From the NCBI GenBank assembly GCA_038087875.1, contig CM075981.1:1550001-1614000 (forward strand): a stretch of 64,000 bases of DNA, read 5' to 3'. Both the position numbers and the translations under genes were made by a program. Below, in pieces: positions 50,254 through 62,200 of this stretch; positions within the stretch are counted from its first letter, which is position 1; every line of letters starts with the position of its first letter. Below the pieces are notes generated by a model. The model was not told the origin of the DNA and ran no database searches. It saw only the letters and a program-made list of their open reading frames with translations. Source of the DNA: Malacoraja senta. Taxonomy: Eukaryota.

Positions 50254-50302
50254 GACTTGAATATTCTTGTGAAACTTCGAAAAGAACCAATTATTCTTCA
50301 AG
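50254..50302 (+). CDS. Gene C exon 8: linker exon (G)LEYSCETSKRTNYSS
   Basis: ttccttgttccaacAG acceptor and AG|GTaaac donor; 49 nt, phase 1 to 2. Confidence 0.8.
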
Positions 50303-50599
50303 GTAAACTACTCTGTTTCCAATGAAAGGTGCCATGTACTAATTGCTGGTGTTTTGATTGGGATTGCTTCAATTTGGAGAAAGTTGTGCCTTCCGTTTAC
50401 TGGCATTAAAGGCCCTTGGGAGTATTGATCTGAATGCACAGTGACACAGCCAGTGGAACCACAGCCTCACAATGCCAAGAACCTGAACTTAGACGCCGTC
50501 TATGTGTGTTCTGCAAATTTCGCCTTTCATTGTGTTGGAAGGTACTGCAGATGCTGGATTAAACTGAATATAGGCACAAAAAATTGAGTATCTCGGCGG

Positions 50600-51570
50600 G
50601 TCAGACAGGACCTTTGGAGAAAAGGCATAGGTGACGTTTCGGGTTGAGTCCCTTCTTCAGAGTGAAAGGCAGGGGAAAGGGAAACGAGAGTGATATCGAC
50701 GGTGATATAGAAAGGTATAAAACATTGAATGAAAGATATGCGACAAAAGTAACGATGATGAATGAAACGATCCATTGTTAGCTGTGGGCTCGGTGAAAAC
50801 GAGTTGTACGGACAATGAGACACTACAAGATAGTGAAATTCGTACAATGACTAGGGTGGGGGAGGGACGGGGAGAGAGGGGATGCAAGGGTTATTTGAAG
50901 TTATAGAAATCAATATTAATATCGCTTGGCTGTAAGATGCCCAAGCGAAATATATGGCACTGTTCCTCCAATTTCCATTTGGCCTCACTCTGGCAATGGA
51001 GAAAGCACAGAATAGAACGGTCAGTGTGGGAATGGGAGGGGGAGTTAAAGTGTTTAGCAACTGGAAGATCATATAGTCCCAGGCGGATTGAGCGTATGTG
51101 TTCAATGAAACGATTGTCCAGTCAACGTTTGGTCTTGCTGATGTATAAGAGTCCACACCTGATACAATAGATGAGGTTCGAGGCGGTTCAAATGAACTCT
51201 GCCGAACCTCAAATGACTGTTGAGTTCCTTGGACAGAGTCGAGGGGGGGAGTTATAGGGACAGATGTTGCAATTCCTGCAGTTGAACGGGAAGGAATCTG
51301 GGGAGAGGTTTGTTTGGATGGGAAAGGATGAGATAACCAGGGAGGTATAGGTCATAAGGTCATAAGGGATAGGAGTAGAATTGGGCATTCAACAGGATTG
51401 CACAGGGAATGGTTTCCTGCACTCCACCTGGCACTCAAATGCACTTGGACCATCTCCCAAACCTCCCTCCGCTTTCTCGATCACACAATCTCCATCACAG
51501 GAGATAGACTATCGATGGATGTCTATTATAAACTGACTGACTCCCACAACTATCTAGATCACACTTCTTC
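50600..51570 (-). mobile_element. Penelope-like element fragment, minus strand
   Basis: The reverse complement resembles the GIY-YIG fragments above and an RT-end motif (SLRFLDHTISITGDRLSMDVYYKLTDSHNYLD in ORF 51398..51664). Terminal hairpin arm at about 50600-50660. Confidence 0.75.
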
Positions 51571-51764
51571 TCACAGGATTTGTGTAAATGTGGTTGATGG
51601 TCAGCGCAGACCTGAAGGGCCAAATGGCCTATTTCCATACTGTTTCTCTCTATGGATCCTATGAGCCCAAATATCAGGAAACATAAGCAATGCTTTTGCA
51701 TGTGTTTCAAGACTGACACAGAAAGATAAATGTATCTCTTAAACATTCTTCTAAACAAGAATTT

Positions 51765-52160
51765 AGAAGAATGAGGGGGGACCTCATTGAGACATACATA
51801 ACAGTGAAAGGCATGGATAGAGTGAATGTGGAGAGGGTGTTTCCACCAGTGGGAGAGTCTAGGATTAGAGGAAGTAGCCTCAAAATTAAATGTTCTTTTT
51901 AGGAAGGAGATGAGAAATGTCTTCAGTTAAAGGGTGGTGAATCTGTGGAATAATTTGCCACAGAATGATGTGGAGGCCAAGTCAGTGGATACATTTAAGG
52001 CAGAGATAGATAGATTCTTATTTAGTATGGGTGTTGGAGGTTATGAGGAAAAGGCAGGAAATGGGGTTAGGTGGGAGAGAAAAATCAGTCATGATTGTAT
52101 GGCGGAGTAGACTTGATGGGCCGATTGGCTTAATTCTGCTCCTATTCCTTATGACCTTAT
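51765..52160 (+). mobile_element. CR1 LINE 3' end; another copy at about 57120-57480
   Basis: gaatttagaagaatgaggggggacctcattgag...ggtggtgaatctgtggaat...(cttatgac)n tail; ORF 57119..57331. Confidence 0.75.
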
Positions 52161-52304
52161 GACCTTATTCTATAATAATATGTATATAATTTGCAAACCA
52201 GATATTAGCTAATTAATCAGAAGGGAAATTGAACTTGTTTACATCTCATTGTGTTGTGTATATGCTTGGGTTATAAGAACAGGATCCTCCATTTGTTGCC
52301 ATTC

Positions 52305-54212
52305 ATATGCACTACGGGCTGAAAAGATGAAGTACGAGGGGAAGCTGGCCAGGAATATAAATAAGGATAGTAAAAGCTTCTTTAGAAAATGTTAAGGGAA
52401 AAATAGTAGCAAAATTAGATGTGGGTCCCTTGAAACCAGACATGGGTGAAATTATTATGGGGAACAAGGAAATGACAGAGGAGTTGAACAGGTACTATGG
52501 ATCTGGCGTCACTAAGGAAGACACAAACAATCTCCCAGAAGTACTGGAGGACAGAGGATCAAAGGGGGTAGAGGAACTGAAATAAATTATCATTAGGCGA
52601 GAAATAGTATTGGCTGGGCTAATGGGACTGAAGGATGATAAATCCCCTGGGCATGATGGTCTGCATCCCAGGGTCCTCAGGGAGGTGGCTCTAGAAATAG
52701 TGGATGCATTGGTGATCATTTTCGAATGTTCAATAGATTCAGGATCAGTTCCTGTGGATTGGATGATAGCTAATGTTATCCCACTTTTCAAGAAAGGAGC
52801 GAGCGGGAAAACGGGGAATTACCGACCAGTTAGCCTGGCTTTGGTGGTGGGAAAGATGTTGGAGTCAATCATTAAAGAGGTAATAATGGGGCATTTGGAT
52901 AGCAGTAAAATGATTAGTCCAAGTCAGCATGGATTTATGAAAGGAAAATCACGCTTGACTAATCTTCTGGAATGGTTTGAGGATGTGACAAGTAAAATGG
53001 ATGAAGGGCAGCCAGTGGATGTAGTGTCACTAGACGTTCAGAAAGCCTTTGATAGGTCTCGCATGGGAGACTGGTGACTAAAATTAGAGCACATGGTACT
53101 GGTAGGGTGTTGACGTGGATAGAAAATTGGTTGGCAGACAGGAATCAAAGCGCAGGAGTGAACGGGTCCTTTTCAGAATGGCATGCAGTGGCGAGTGGAG
53201 TGCCGCAAGCCTCGGTGTTGGGGCCGCAACTGTTTACCATATATATTAATGAGTTGGAAGAGGAAATTAGGAGCAACACTAGCAAGTTTGCGGATGACAC
53301 AAAGCTAGGTGGCAGTGTGAACTGTGAAGAGGATGTTAGGAGGTTGCAGGGTGACCTGGACAGGTTGAGTGTGTGGGCAGATGCGTGGCAGATGCAGTAT
53401 AATATAGATAAATGTGAGGTTATCCACTTTGGTGGCAAAAAAAAGGGGGCAGATTATTATCTCAATGGGGTTAGGTTAGGTAAGGGGGAGGAACAGCGAG
53501 ACCTGTGTGTCCTTGTACACCGGTCACTGAAAGTTGGCGTCCAGGTACAGCAGGCAGTGAAGAAAGCTAACAAGAGGATTTCAGTATAGGAGTAGAGTGG
53601 TTCTTCTGCAGTTGTATAGGGCTCTGTTAAGACCACATCTGGAGTATTGTGTACAGTTTTGGTCTCCTAATTTGAGAAAGGTCATCCTTGTGATTGAGGC
53701 AGTCCAGCGTAGGTTCACGAGATTGATCCCTGGGATGGCGGGACTGTCTTATGAGGAAAGATTGAAAAGACTAGGCTTGTATTCACTGGAGTTTAGAAGG
53801 ATGAGGGGGTATCTTATAGAAACATTTTTAAAGACTGGACAAGCTAGATGCAGGTAAAATGTTCCCAATGTTGGGCGAGTCCAGAACCAGGGGGCCACAG
53901 TCTTAGAATAAAGCAGAGGCCATTTAAGACTGAGGTGAGAAAAAACGTTTTCACCCAGTCAGTTGTGAATTTGTGGAATTTCCTGCACAAAGGACAGTGG
54001 AGGCCAAATCACTGGATGGATTTAAGAGAGAGTTAGATAGAGCTCTAGGGGCTAGTGGAACCAAGGGATATGGGGAGAAGGCAGGCATGGGTTATTGAGT
54101 GGTGGCGTTCAGCCATGATCTCAATGAATGGCGGTGCAATGATAGGGCCGAATGACCTCCTCCTGCACCTATTTTCTATGTTTCTATGTTTCCATGTTTC
54201 TATGTTTCTATA
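52305..54212 (+). mobile_element. About 1.9-kb CR1 LINE fragment in the intron before the gene C TM exon
   Basis: ORFs 52610..53077, 53074..53589 and 53597..53857 (KSPGHDGLHPRVLRE...NYRPVSL...GVPQ.SVLGP...KFADDTKL), with a (TTTCTATG)n tail. It splits sequence that is contiguous in gene B at about 27960-28170. Confidence 0.92.
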
Positions 54213-54824
54213 GGGCGTTCCCTGCGGTATTCACCTTGACTTCTCCATCACTAACCTCACCTCATGGTGTGAGATGAGTATAGTTGCCAAACACAACTAC
54301 TGCTGCTTTGCCTTGCAGTGACCTGCTCTAGTGTGGTACTGATAGGAAAATGCATAGTGAATTAGGGGCTAAATCACCAACTTGCGGAGTTGGTCAAATT
54401 CTCAATGTCAGGCATTCCAACAGCAGGAAGTGTCTCCACCTAGAACGTGACCCTGTGTGGTAGGCACGTTAAGTCACACTGCTGACCTTGAGATGGTCAT
54501 GGTGAGCTGCCTTCTGAAGATGTTCCATATTGCAGACAGCTCTAAACGAACAGTCAATGTCCAAACCAATGTTGGTGGATGTGGAGATGGAGTTGTGAAT
54601 GGCATTGGGGTGAGATTTGTGGAATGAAGTGCATTGTTTTCTCTTTGGCATGGTGTTCTCTCCACCGAGGTTGGAACAGGGTTGTAGAACCGCGCTCACA
54701 ACGTGGTGGTTTCAAGGATAGCTGCAAATATTTGGGTAAATCCCTCAGATACCACACCACTGCAGTACTGAGGGAGGGCAGCGTGCTAGCTGAAAGATAT
54801 GAAAACTCCAATAACAGTGGCATG

Positions 54825-55110
54825 GTGGGACAGCGATATAGTTGCTGCCTTATTGCCCCAGAGACTTATGTTCGATCCTGACTCCTGTTGCTGTCTGTTC
54901 GGAGTTTGTTCCTTCTCTCAGAGACCACGTGGGTGTTCTCCAGGTGTTCCAGTTTTCTCCCACATTTCAAAGACGTGCAGGTTTGTAGGTTAATTGGCTT
55001 CTGTAAATTGTCTCTAGTGTGTAGGGTAGATCTAATATATGGTGATTACTGGTCGACGCAGATTTGGTGGGCCGAAAGTCCTGTTTACATGCTGTATCTC
55101 TAAAATAAAT
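54825..55110 (+). mobile_element. tRNA-derived SINE
   Basis: Shared SINE body and (TAAAC)n-type tail, with the tail resuming at about 55970. Confidence 0.7.
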
Positions 55111-55119
55111 TAAATTAAC

Positions 55120-55960
55120 AACAATACATTTTATTTGTCTTTTTTGTCTTTTGGACCAAACGAAATGTCGTTTCTGCAGCCATACATTACAAAAACGAAG
55201 AAGACCCGAGACACACACACATTTACACATACATCCATCACAGCGCTGTGATGGAACGCAAAAAGACGTATCTCTCCACTGCACTCCCCCCCCCCCCATG
55301 TCAGAGTCAAAGTCAAAGCCCCCGGCGGGCGATTATCCCGCGGCCATTAAAGCCACGCCGGTTAATGCAAGGTCGCGCACCGGGTCTTGGTGTTAGAGCC
55401 CCGGCGCGCGCTCGCAAAGTCCGGCGGCCATTCCAAGCCGTGCGGGGGCGACGATGTAAAGCCCCGCTCCAGCTGCTCTTCAACCCCGCAACTCGGGCGG
55501 GAGAAGTCGCCGCTGCGAAAGCCGCGAAAAAGCGGTCTCCCACCAGGGGACCCGCGGGCTTCCGGTGTTGCCGTCCGCCAGACCCGCGGTTGTAGCCTCC
55601 GAATCTCCGGGGGTCGGGTAGCAGCAGCGATTGTCTCCACCACAGCTCCCCCCGCTCCCGGACTCGGCCAGCCCCGCGACGGTGAGTAGTCCGCAGCTCC
55701 GCAACTGGAGCCCCAGGTCGTTCCTGCTGGAGGCCGCTCCACGTTGCACAGCCCCAACGACAACGGAGACCCGACAAAGAAAAGGTCGGGTCTCCCGTGC
55801 AGGGGAAAGATTTTAAAGTCCCTCCCCCCCCACCTCCACCCTCCCACACACATACACCGACAAAAAAAATAATAAAAAACTACATAAAAACAAGACAGAA
55901 ATAATAAAAAGACAGACGGACTGCAGAGGCCGCTGCAAACGAGAGTCGCGCCGCCCACCG
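55120..55960 (-). mobile_element. Unclassified CpG-rich insertion in the SINE tail, probably a LINE 3'UTR
   Basis: Abrupt GC/CpG-rich block in AT-rich DNA. AATAAA on the minus strand at about 55130. Absent from gene B. Confidence 0.45.
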
Positions 55961-56264
55961 TTGGATGATAAACTAAACTAAACTAAACCAAACTCAGCTG
56001 AACTAAACTAAAGTAATCATTGCTATTAATGTGTAACAGTTCCCATGCATTGTTTGTGATGGGGAAGGGAGGGTTCCTTAATTGTTGGACGCAATTGCTC
56101 TTGAACCAGTTTCATGATCGTTGGTCAATGTCACCTTACTGTGAGCAGATTAGCTGCTGCGTTACTCACCGAAACAGACTCTACACTTAATTTCCTTTGC
56201 TGCACACTTCAAAAAAATCATGAAAGGTGCCATATAAATTGTTGACTTTTGTTCTTTACTGAAG

Positions 56265-56407
56265 GCCAAGAAGCAATGATGAGCCATACCTCACCCTTCC
56301 CTATTCTCTGTCCGACAGGATCACTTACATAGTTGCGTCTGGTGTCACTGTGCTTCTCCTGATTCTCATCATTGCCTTCTTTTGGTACCGAAAGCGTAAA
56401 ACCAAGG
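56265..56407 (+). CDS. Gene C exon 9: stalk plus uncharged TM, (R)PRSNDEPYLTLPYSLSDRITYIVASGVTVLLLILIIAFFWYRKRKTK
   Basis: ttttgttctttactgaAG acceptor, phase 2 matching the linker exon. About 21-aa hydrophobic helix followed by RKRK stop-transfer. G|GTGAGT donor, phase 1. Confidence 0.88.
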
Positions 56408-58536
56408 GTGAGTTTCTGACTTCCCTTAAATAATTTCACAATACATGTCTCAGTTCCTTCCAGAATGTCAAGAGATTTAATTCTGATCTAATCAACAAAT
56501 GCCCTGCATTAAAGTAATAAAGTGTTGGAGGAAGTATGGATGATCAATAATGCTATCACGTTTGATGCTATCATGGTGACTCGGTGACAAAAACTGTTCT
56601 TTTAACATCATTGTACTTAAACTGTCTGAGTGTGAAATGGCAGAGATGCGTGAGAAATAAGAGGCTAGGTAGAAGTAAGATTTACATCGATACTCTCATC
56701 CTCTCAGCTGTTAGAATATGCTTCGTGTGATTAGCTGTTGTATTTCAAATCAGATTAAGTCGTGTTTATTGTCACATGCACAAGCATGGTGAAGTACAGT
56801 TACAATGAAGATCACACCTGCAGCCTCACAGGGACATAGACAACATACACATACCTGCCTCACACAGAGGGCGGTGGGTATATGACAGGAGCTGCCAGAG
56901 GAGGTAGTTGAGGCAGGGCAGGTCTAGCCTGGACAGATAATCCAAGAAGTGAACACCCATGAACTTGAAGCTGCCAACTATCTCAACCGCCGATGAAAAT
57001 GTGAAAGTCACTGAGCTGTTCCTCAGTCAGAGAGCATTAGTGGAAAGTAAAACAGTCAACATTTCAGATCCAAGACCCATTACAACAGTGTAAGAGGGAA
57101 AAGAGGGGGGAACCTCAATTGAAAGATCAAATAGTGAAAGGCCTAGATATAGTGGATGTAGAATGGATGCTTCCATTAGTGGGAGAGTCTAGGACCAGAG
57201 ATCATAACTTCAGAATTAAAGGACATTCCTTTATGATGGAGATGAGGAAGAATTTAATTCGTCAGAGGGTGATGAATCTGTGGAATTCTTTGCCAAAGAT
57301 GGCTGTGGAGCCCGTCAATAGATATTTTTAAGGCATAGATAGATTCTTGATTCGTACAGGTGTCCTGGATTATGGAGGGAAGGCAGGAAAAAGAGGTTAG
57401 GAGGGAGAGATAGATGACCCATGATTAAATGGCGGAGTAGATGGATGGGCTGCATAGATTAATTCTACTCTTATCGCTTATGAACTTATGAAAACCTTTT
57501 TAAGCAGATTAGGTTAGGGTGTGGACACAAAATGCTGGAGTAACTGAGTGAAACAAGCAGCATCTCTGGAGAGAAGTAATGTGTGATGTTTTAGGTCGAA
57601 ACTCTTTTTCAGACTGATGTCAGGCGAGTGGCAGTTCTGAGATAAAGTATAGTCGGAGACAGTAAGACTGGTCAGAGACCTGCGAAGGGGGAGTGGATGG
57701 AGGGAGGGAAAGCAAGGGCTGCTTGAAGTTAGAGAAGTCAATGTACATACCGCTGGGGTGTAACCAGCCCAAGGATATATGAGGTGCTGTTTCTCCAATT
57801 TGTGCTGGGCCTCACTCTGACAATGGATGAGGCCCAGGACAGAATGGTTAGTGTGGGAATGGGAGGAGGAGTTAAAGTGTTGATCAACCGGGAGATCAGG
57901 TAGGTTTAGGCAGCTTTAGGGTGGGATGGGGTAGAGTACAGGGAATATGATCCATTCTGAACATTACGTACAGTAACCAAAACAACAGGGCAGATTCTTA
58001 CTCCGTACGTGCAAATATACTGCAGTGCTTTTGGGGTTCTCCTAAATATAAGGTCGTGGCAACAACACGTGTGTTGGAAGGAACTGCAGATGGTGGTTTA
58101 CACTGAAGATAAACATAAAATGCTCTAGCAATTAGCGGGTCAGGGGCGACATTTTGCCAGCAGCGCAACAGAAAATCATCAAATATAGTGGTTTTCAGCT
58201 TAGCTGGATAAAAGAAACAGATTGAGTATGTGTGTATGTGTATATATACACACTGAACTTTTTTTTCTCTCCCGTTATGTACTATGTCTACATATTCTGT
58301 TGTGCTGCAGCAAGTAAGATTGTCATTGTTCTATCTGGGACATGTGACAATAAAACTCTCTTGACTCTTGTAAAGGAACAGTTGACGTTTCGAGGCGAGA
58401 CCCTTCTTCAGACTGAGAGTCAGGTGAAAGGGAAACAAGAGATATATAAGTTACATGAAACAAATGAATGAAATATATGAATGAATGATGTTTAAACCTG
58501 TTCATAATATGGCTCTATCGACAACATATTTTCCAG

Positions 58537-58583
58537 AATCCAAGTGCAATACATCACACGGTGAAGACAACAATGAAATCCAG
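58537..58583 (+). CDS. Gene C exon 10: cytoplasmic exon whose donor is GG instead of GT
   Basis: Identical coding sequence to 30-76, but followed by GGaaaa (58584-58585) where gene A has GTaaaa. Confidence 0.7.
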
Positions 58584-59001
58584 GGAAAAATGTGAAATAT
58601 AAATTCTCTGAGTGATGAAATATATATAACATTGAATTATCTGTGTTTACACAGGCCATTTAGCAACACCAGTCCACTCCAGTTAAGAGACCCAGCACAG
58701 AAACAGGCCCTTTGGCCCACCGAGTCCACGCCGACCGGTGACCCACGCACACAAAAACTATCCTACGCACACTAGGGACAATTTGCAAGTATGCCAAACC
58801 AATTAACCTACAAACATGTTGTAGGCACTGTCAGGCAACAACTCTACCGCTGCTCCACCATGCTGCGCTATCTTTGTGTTGTAAACAGCAGCAATGGCCT
58901 GTTCTGTACACTGAACAGTTTGAGACCTACTTTGTAATAGACATCTGTTGAGGACCTTTCAAATCTATTAGGTTGTAAAATTGGATTTTGTTATATTTTA
59001 G

Positions 59002-59277
59002 GAAATGGCAGTGTTGGAAGGGAACCACGTTGATGCAAATCTACAGCAAATTGGAAACAACAGGGCAGCTGACCATTTGGATAACAATGAAGGTGGAATC
59101 ACGTATGCAGTGGTGAAATGTCAAAGGAAGTCGAGATCAATGCACCCTGAGACTCACAACACTGTTCTCTACGCAGATGTTAATTTTCATCGCAACTGCC
59201 CAAAGGGCAATCGGAAACCCCACTCTACTAGGGCTCCAGAGAACTCTGAAACAATTTATGCCTCTGTTGTTTCTTAG
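59002..59277 (+). CDS. Gene C exon 11: cytoplasmic tail with ITIMs (ITYAVV, VLYADV) and an ITSM (TIYASV)
   Basis: ttatattttAG acceptor, phase 0, open to TAG at 59275-59277. The summed exons give 2451 nt, or 816 aa plus stop. Confidence 0.85.
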   Translation, partial: EMAVLEGNHVDANLQQIGNNRAADHLDNNEGGITYAVVKCQRKSRSMHPETHNTVLYADVNFHRNCPKGNRKPHSTRAPENSETIYASVVS

Positions 59278-62200
59278 GAGAGATCTTTAATTCGGTGTGA
59301 GTTTTTAGCAATACTTGCTTTACCACTCTATTTAGACTACACTGCTTTAATCTGTCCTATACGTTGTCAAAGATGGACACAAAATGCTGGAGTAACTCAA
59401 CAGGTCAGACAGCATCTCTGGAGAATATAGACAGGTGATGTTTGACGTTGGGACCCATATTCAGATGGTCTGTAGAAAGGTCCTGACCCACAATGTTACC
59501 CATTAATTCTCACCAGAGATATTTCTTGACCATCTGAGTTACTCCAGCATTTTGGGTTCGTCTTTGGATAAACCGGCATCTTTTTATAGCTATACTTTGT
59601 CAAGCTCCTTCTGAGCTGGTTCGTTCAATTCATCAGGTGTAAGGGGTGATGGGGAGAAGGCAGGAGAGTGATGTTAGGAGGGAGAGGTAGATCAGCGATG
59701 ATTCAATGGTTGAGTAGCCTTGGTGGGCAAAATTGTCTGCCCCTATCACTGATGACCTTACGAATTACACTCACTTCTACGATCTCTTTCATCCGCCAGT
59801 ATAATGAATGACTCTAGATCACGCATACAAATGATAAAACGGCACTGGTTCCCATTCTTGTCATACCCACCCTCATTCCCTCCACCCACAAATTCCCCAA
59901 CCCTTCCATCATAATTCCTTGCAAGGGTCAGCCTAAGCACACCTCAACCCATTGTCTCTGGGCCAAAATATTGTGCGTTCAAGTCAATAAAGCGGCAATG
60001 GATCAAGTAAGAAAATGGGTTCAAGTGGATAGTGGGATAAGGCAGAGAAGCCCAAGATACAGCAGAAGTAAGTTCAATTGGAAATGCTGATCTTAGCAGC
60101 ATTTCTACAGGACCTCTTCTAAACTCTAGAGGTACTCTGTTCGAAATATACACAGTTCTTACAGAGCAGGAGAGTGCAGGTGAAGGGATTCGGTTTTCCA
60201 TGGCTCGTAGTGAGGAGGGGTTAGTTGGGCCAAAGGGTCTGTTTCTTCGTTGTATGAATCTATGACTCGAATACACTCTAGCCTGGGAACAATTGTTTCT
60301 TCAATATTGAAGGATTCACGGAAATAGAACTAGTACTGGATATTGAGATGATAAAGGATAAGGTATGATTTTAATGCATGGTGTAGTTATGAAGGACCTA
60401 GTGCGGACTGACATATTTGTTCATTAATTTGTTCACCCTACAATACACTTTTTTTTAAAAACACATTTCCAGTCAATGTACAAACACATCAAAGGCCATC
60501 GTGCGATGGAAATAGATATTGGGTTCTGAGTCAAATGTGTGAGCTGCATCTTTCTGTGGTCAACGAGCTTCCTGTTAATATGTGCAGTTGAGTAAACACA
60601 AAAAAACACCTCAGTGGGTCAAGCAGCATCTCTGACAGGAAATGGGCAGATGACATTTCAGGTCAGGACCCTACTTCGGACTGGTGTTACTTTTCTCAGA
60701 ATATGACTGCCGCAGAAACCCACAAACATACAATGTGCATAGGTTAGTACGTTTTAATGCAGAATTAGGCATCTCGGCCATTCAAGTCTACTCCACACTT
60801 CAATCATGGCTGATCTATCTTCCCCTCTCAACCCAATTCTCCTGCCTTCTCCTTATAATCCCTGAAACCCACACTGATCAGGAATCTTTCAATCTCTGCC
60901 TCCGAAATATCCATTGACTTGGCTTCCACAACCGTCCGTGAAAATAAATTCCACAGATTCACCACCCTCTGACTAAAGAAATTTGGCCCATATCTCTCTA
61001 AACCTATCATGTCCAGGTACCCTCAGGTTCCTATTAAATCTTCCCCTCCACCCCCCCTCCCCCCCCCCCCCACTCCCCCCCCCCCCCTCCTCACCCCCCC
61101 GCCCCTCTCACCCCCCCTCTCTCCCCTTAAACCTATGTCCTCTGGTCCTCACGTGTTCAGCACTAATATGTAGAGTGTAAAAATGTTCGCTCAGGGAGAG
61201 CACCTTGTCCTGGCAGGTTAGTGGGTTTCAGGTGAAACACAGTGGCACAGCGGTAGAGTTGCTGCATTACAGCGGCTGAGATCCAGGTACGATGCTGACT
61301 TCGGGTGCTGTCTCTATGGAGTGTGTACGTTCTCCCTGTGTCCGCATGGGTTTTCTCTGAGTGCTCCAATTTCCACCCACACTCCAAAGACATACAGGTT
61401 TGTAGGTTAATTTGCTCAATAAATTGTATATGGGGTGAACACTGATTGGCGCGGTGTCGATGGGCCGAAGACCCTGTTTCCACGCTGTATCCATAACGTT
61501 TTCTTCTCAATTGCGCACACCCGAAGGAGATGGATACCAGTCTTGTCCAAAGCACAGCTGCTTTGTGTAACTCGGACGTTGTGCAACACAACGCAACGAT
61601 AAAATGGTCTGACTGGGGAGCCCTTCCCACCAACTTGATAGGGCTCTTAAATAGCAGAGTCAGGGGATAAGGGGAGAAGGCAGGAACATGGTACTGATTG
61701 TGGATGATCAGCCATCATCGCATTAAATGGCGGTGCTGGCTCGTAGGGCCGAATGGCCTACTCCTACACATATTGTCTATTGTCTATTGTCTATTGTCTA
61801 TTGTCTATTGTCTATAATACCCAAGGAAGGATGTTCACTGTCGGCTTGCAAAACCATCAGGGAGGAAGTACCATAGACTTAACTCTGCAGTTTGCTTGCT
61901 GGTTTGCAAGCATGTGTCGAGTAGGATGGGGGTTTAAGAGTTAATGTGTACATGACAGATTGCTTGTTGAACGTGGTGAGCCTGCTTTACTTACTTAGGA
62001 TTGCTAACTAATGAATGGTTTTGCAGAACTGCAAAGGGTATTGTGACTAAAAAGGGAAGAAGCCCGATACCAAGTAGTACTGCAGAAAAAAACACATCTG
62101 CTCTAAACAATAAGAACCAGTGCAGAAATGTGCTGATTGTGTGATTAGCTGGACACATGACTACTCATGTATAAATATACTGCCTGTGCACAGAACAATT

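Larger units (their letters stand above)
29985..50400 (+). repeat. Segmental duplicate of about 7927-27300 (spacer, promoter and ectodomain exons)
   Basis: Colinear shared introns, shared CR1/Penelope insertions and exons at an offset of about 22-24 kb. Confidence 0.92.

Noticed and set aside
55313-55958. Several overlapping 100-200 aa ORFs on both strands
   Set aside because: Expected from GC-rich, stop-poor repeat sequence; no motifs recognised.
61773-61812. Short tandem arrays (ATTGTCT)n, (TAAAC)n, (CATAGAAA)n and (CAAT)n; possible CRISPR-like arrays
   Set aside because: They are microsatellite tails of CR1, SINE or LINE elements with no spacers, in eukaryotic DNA.
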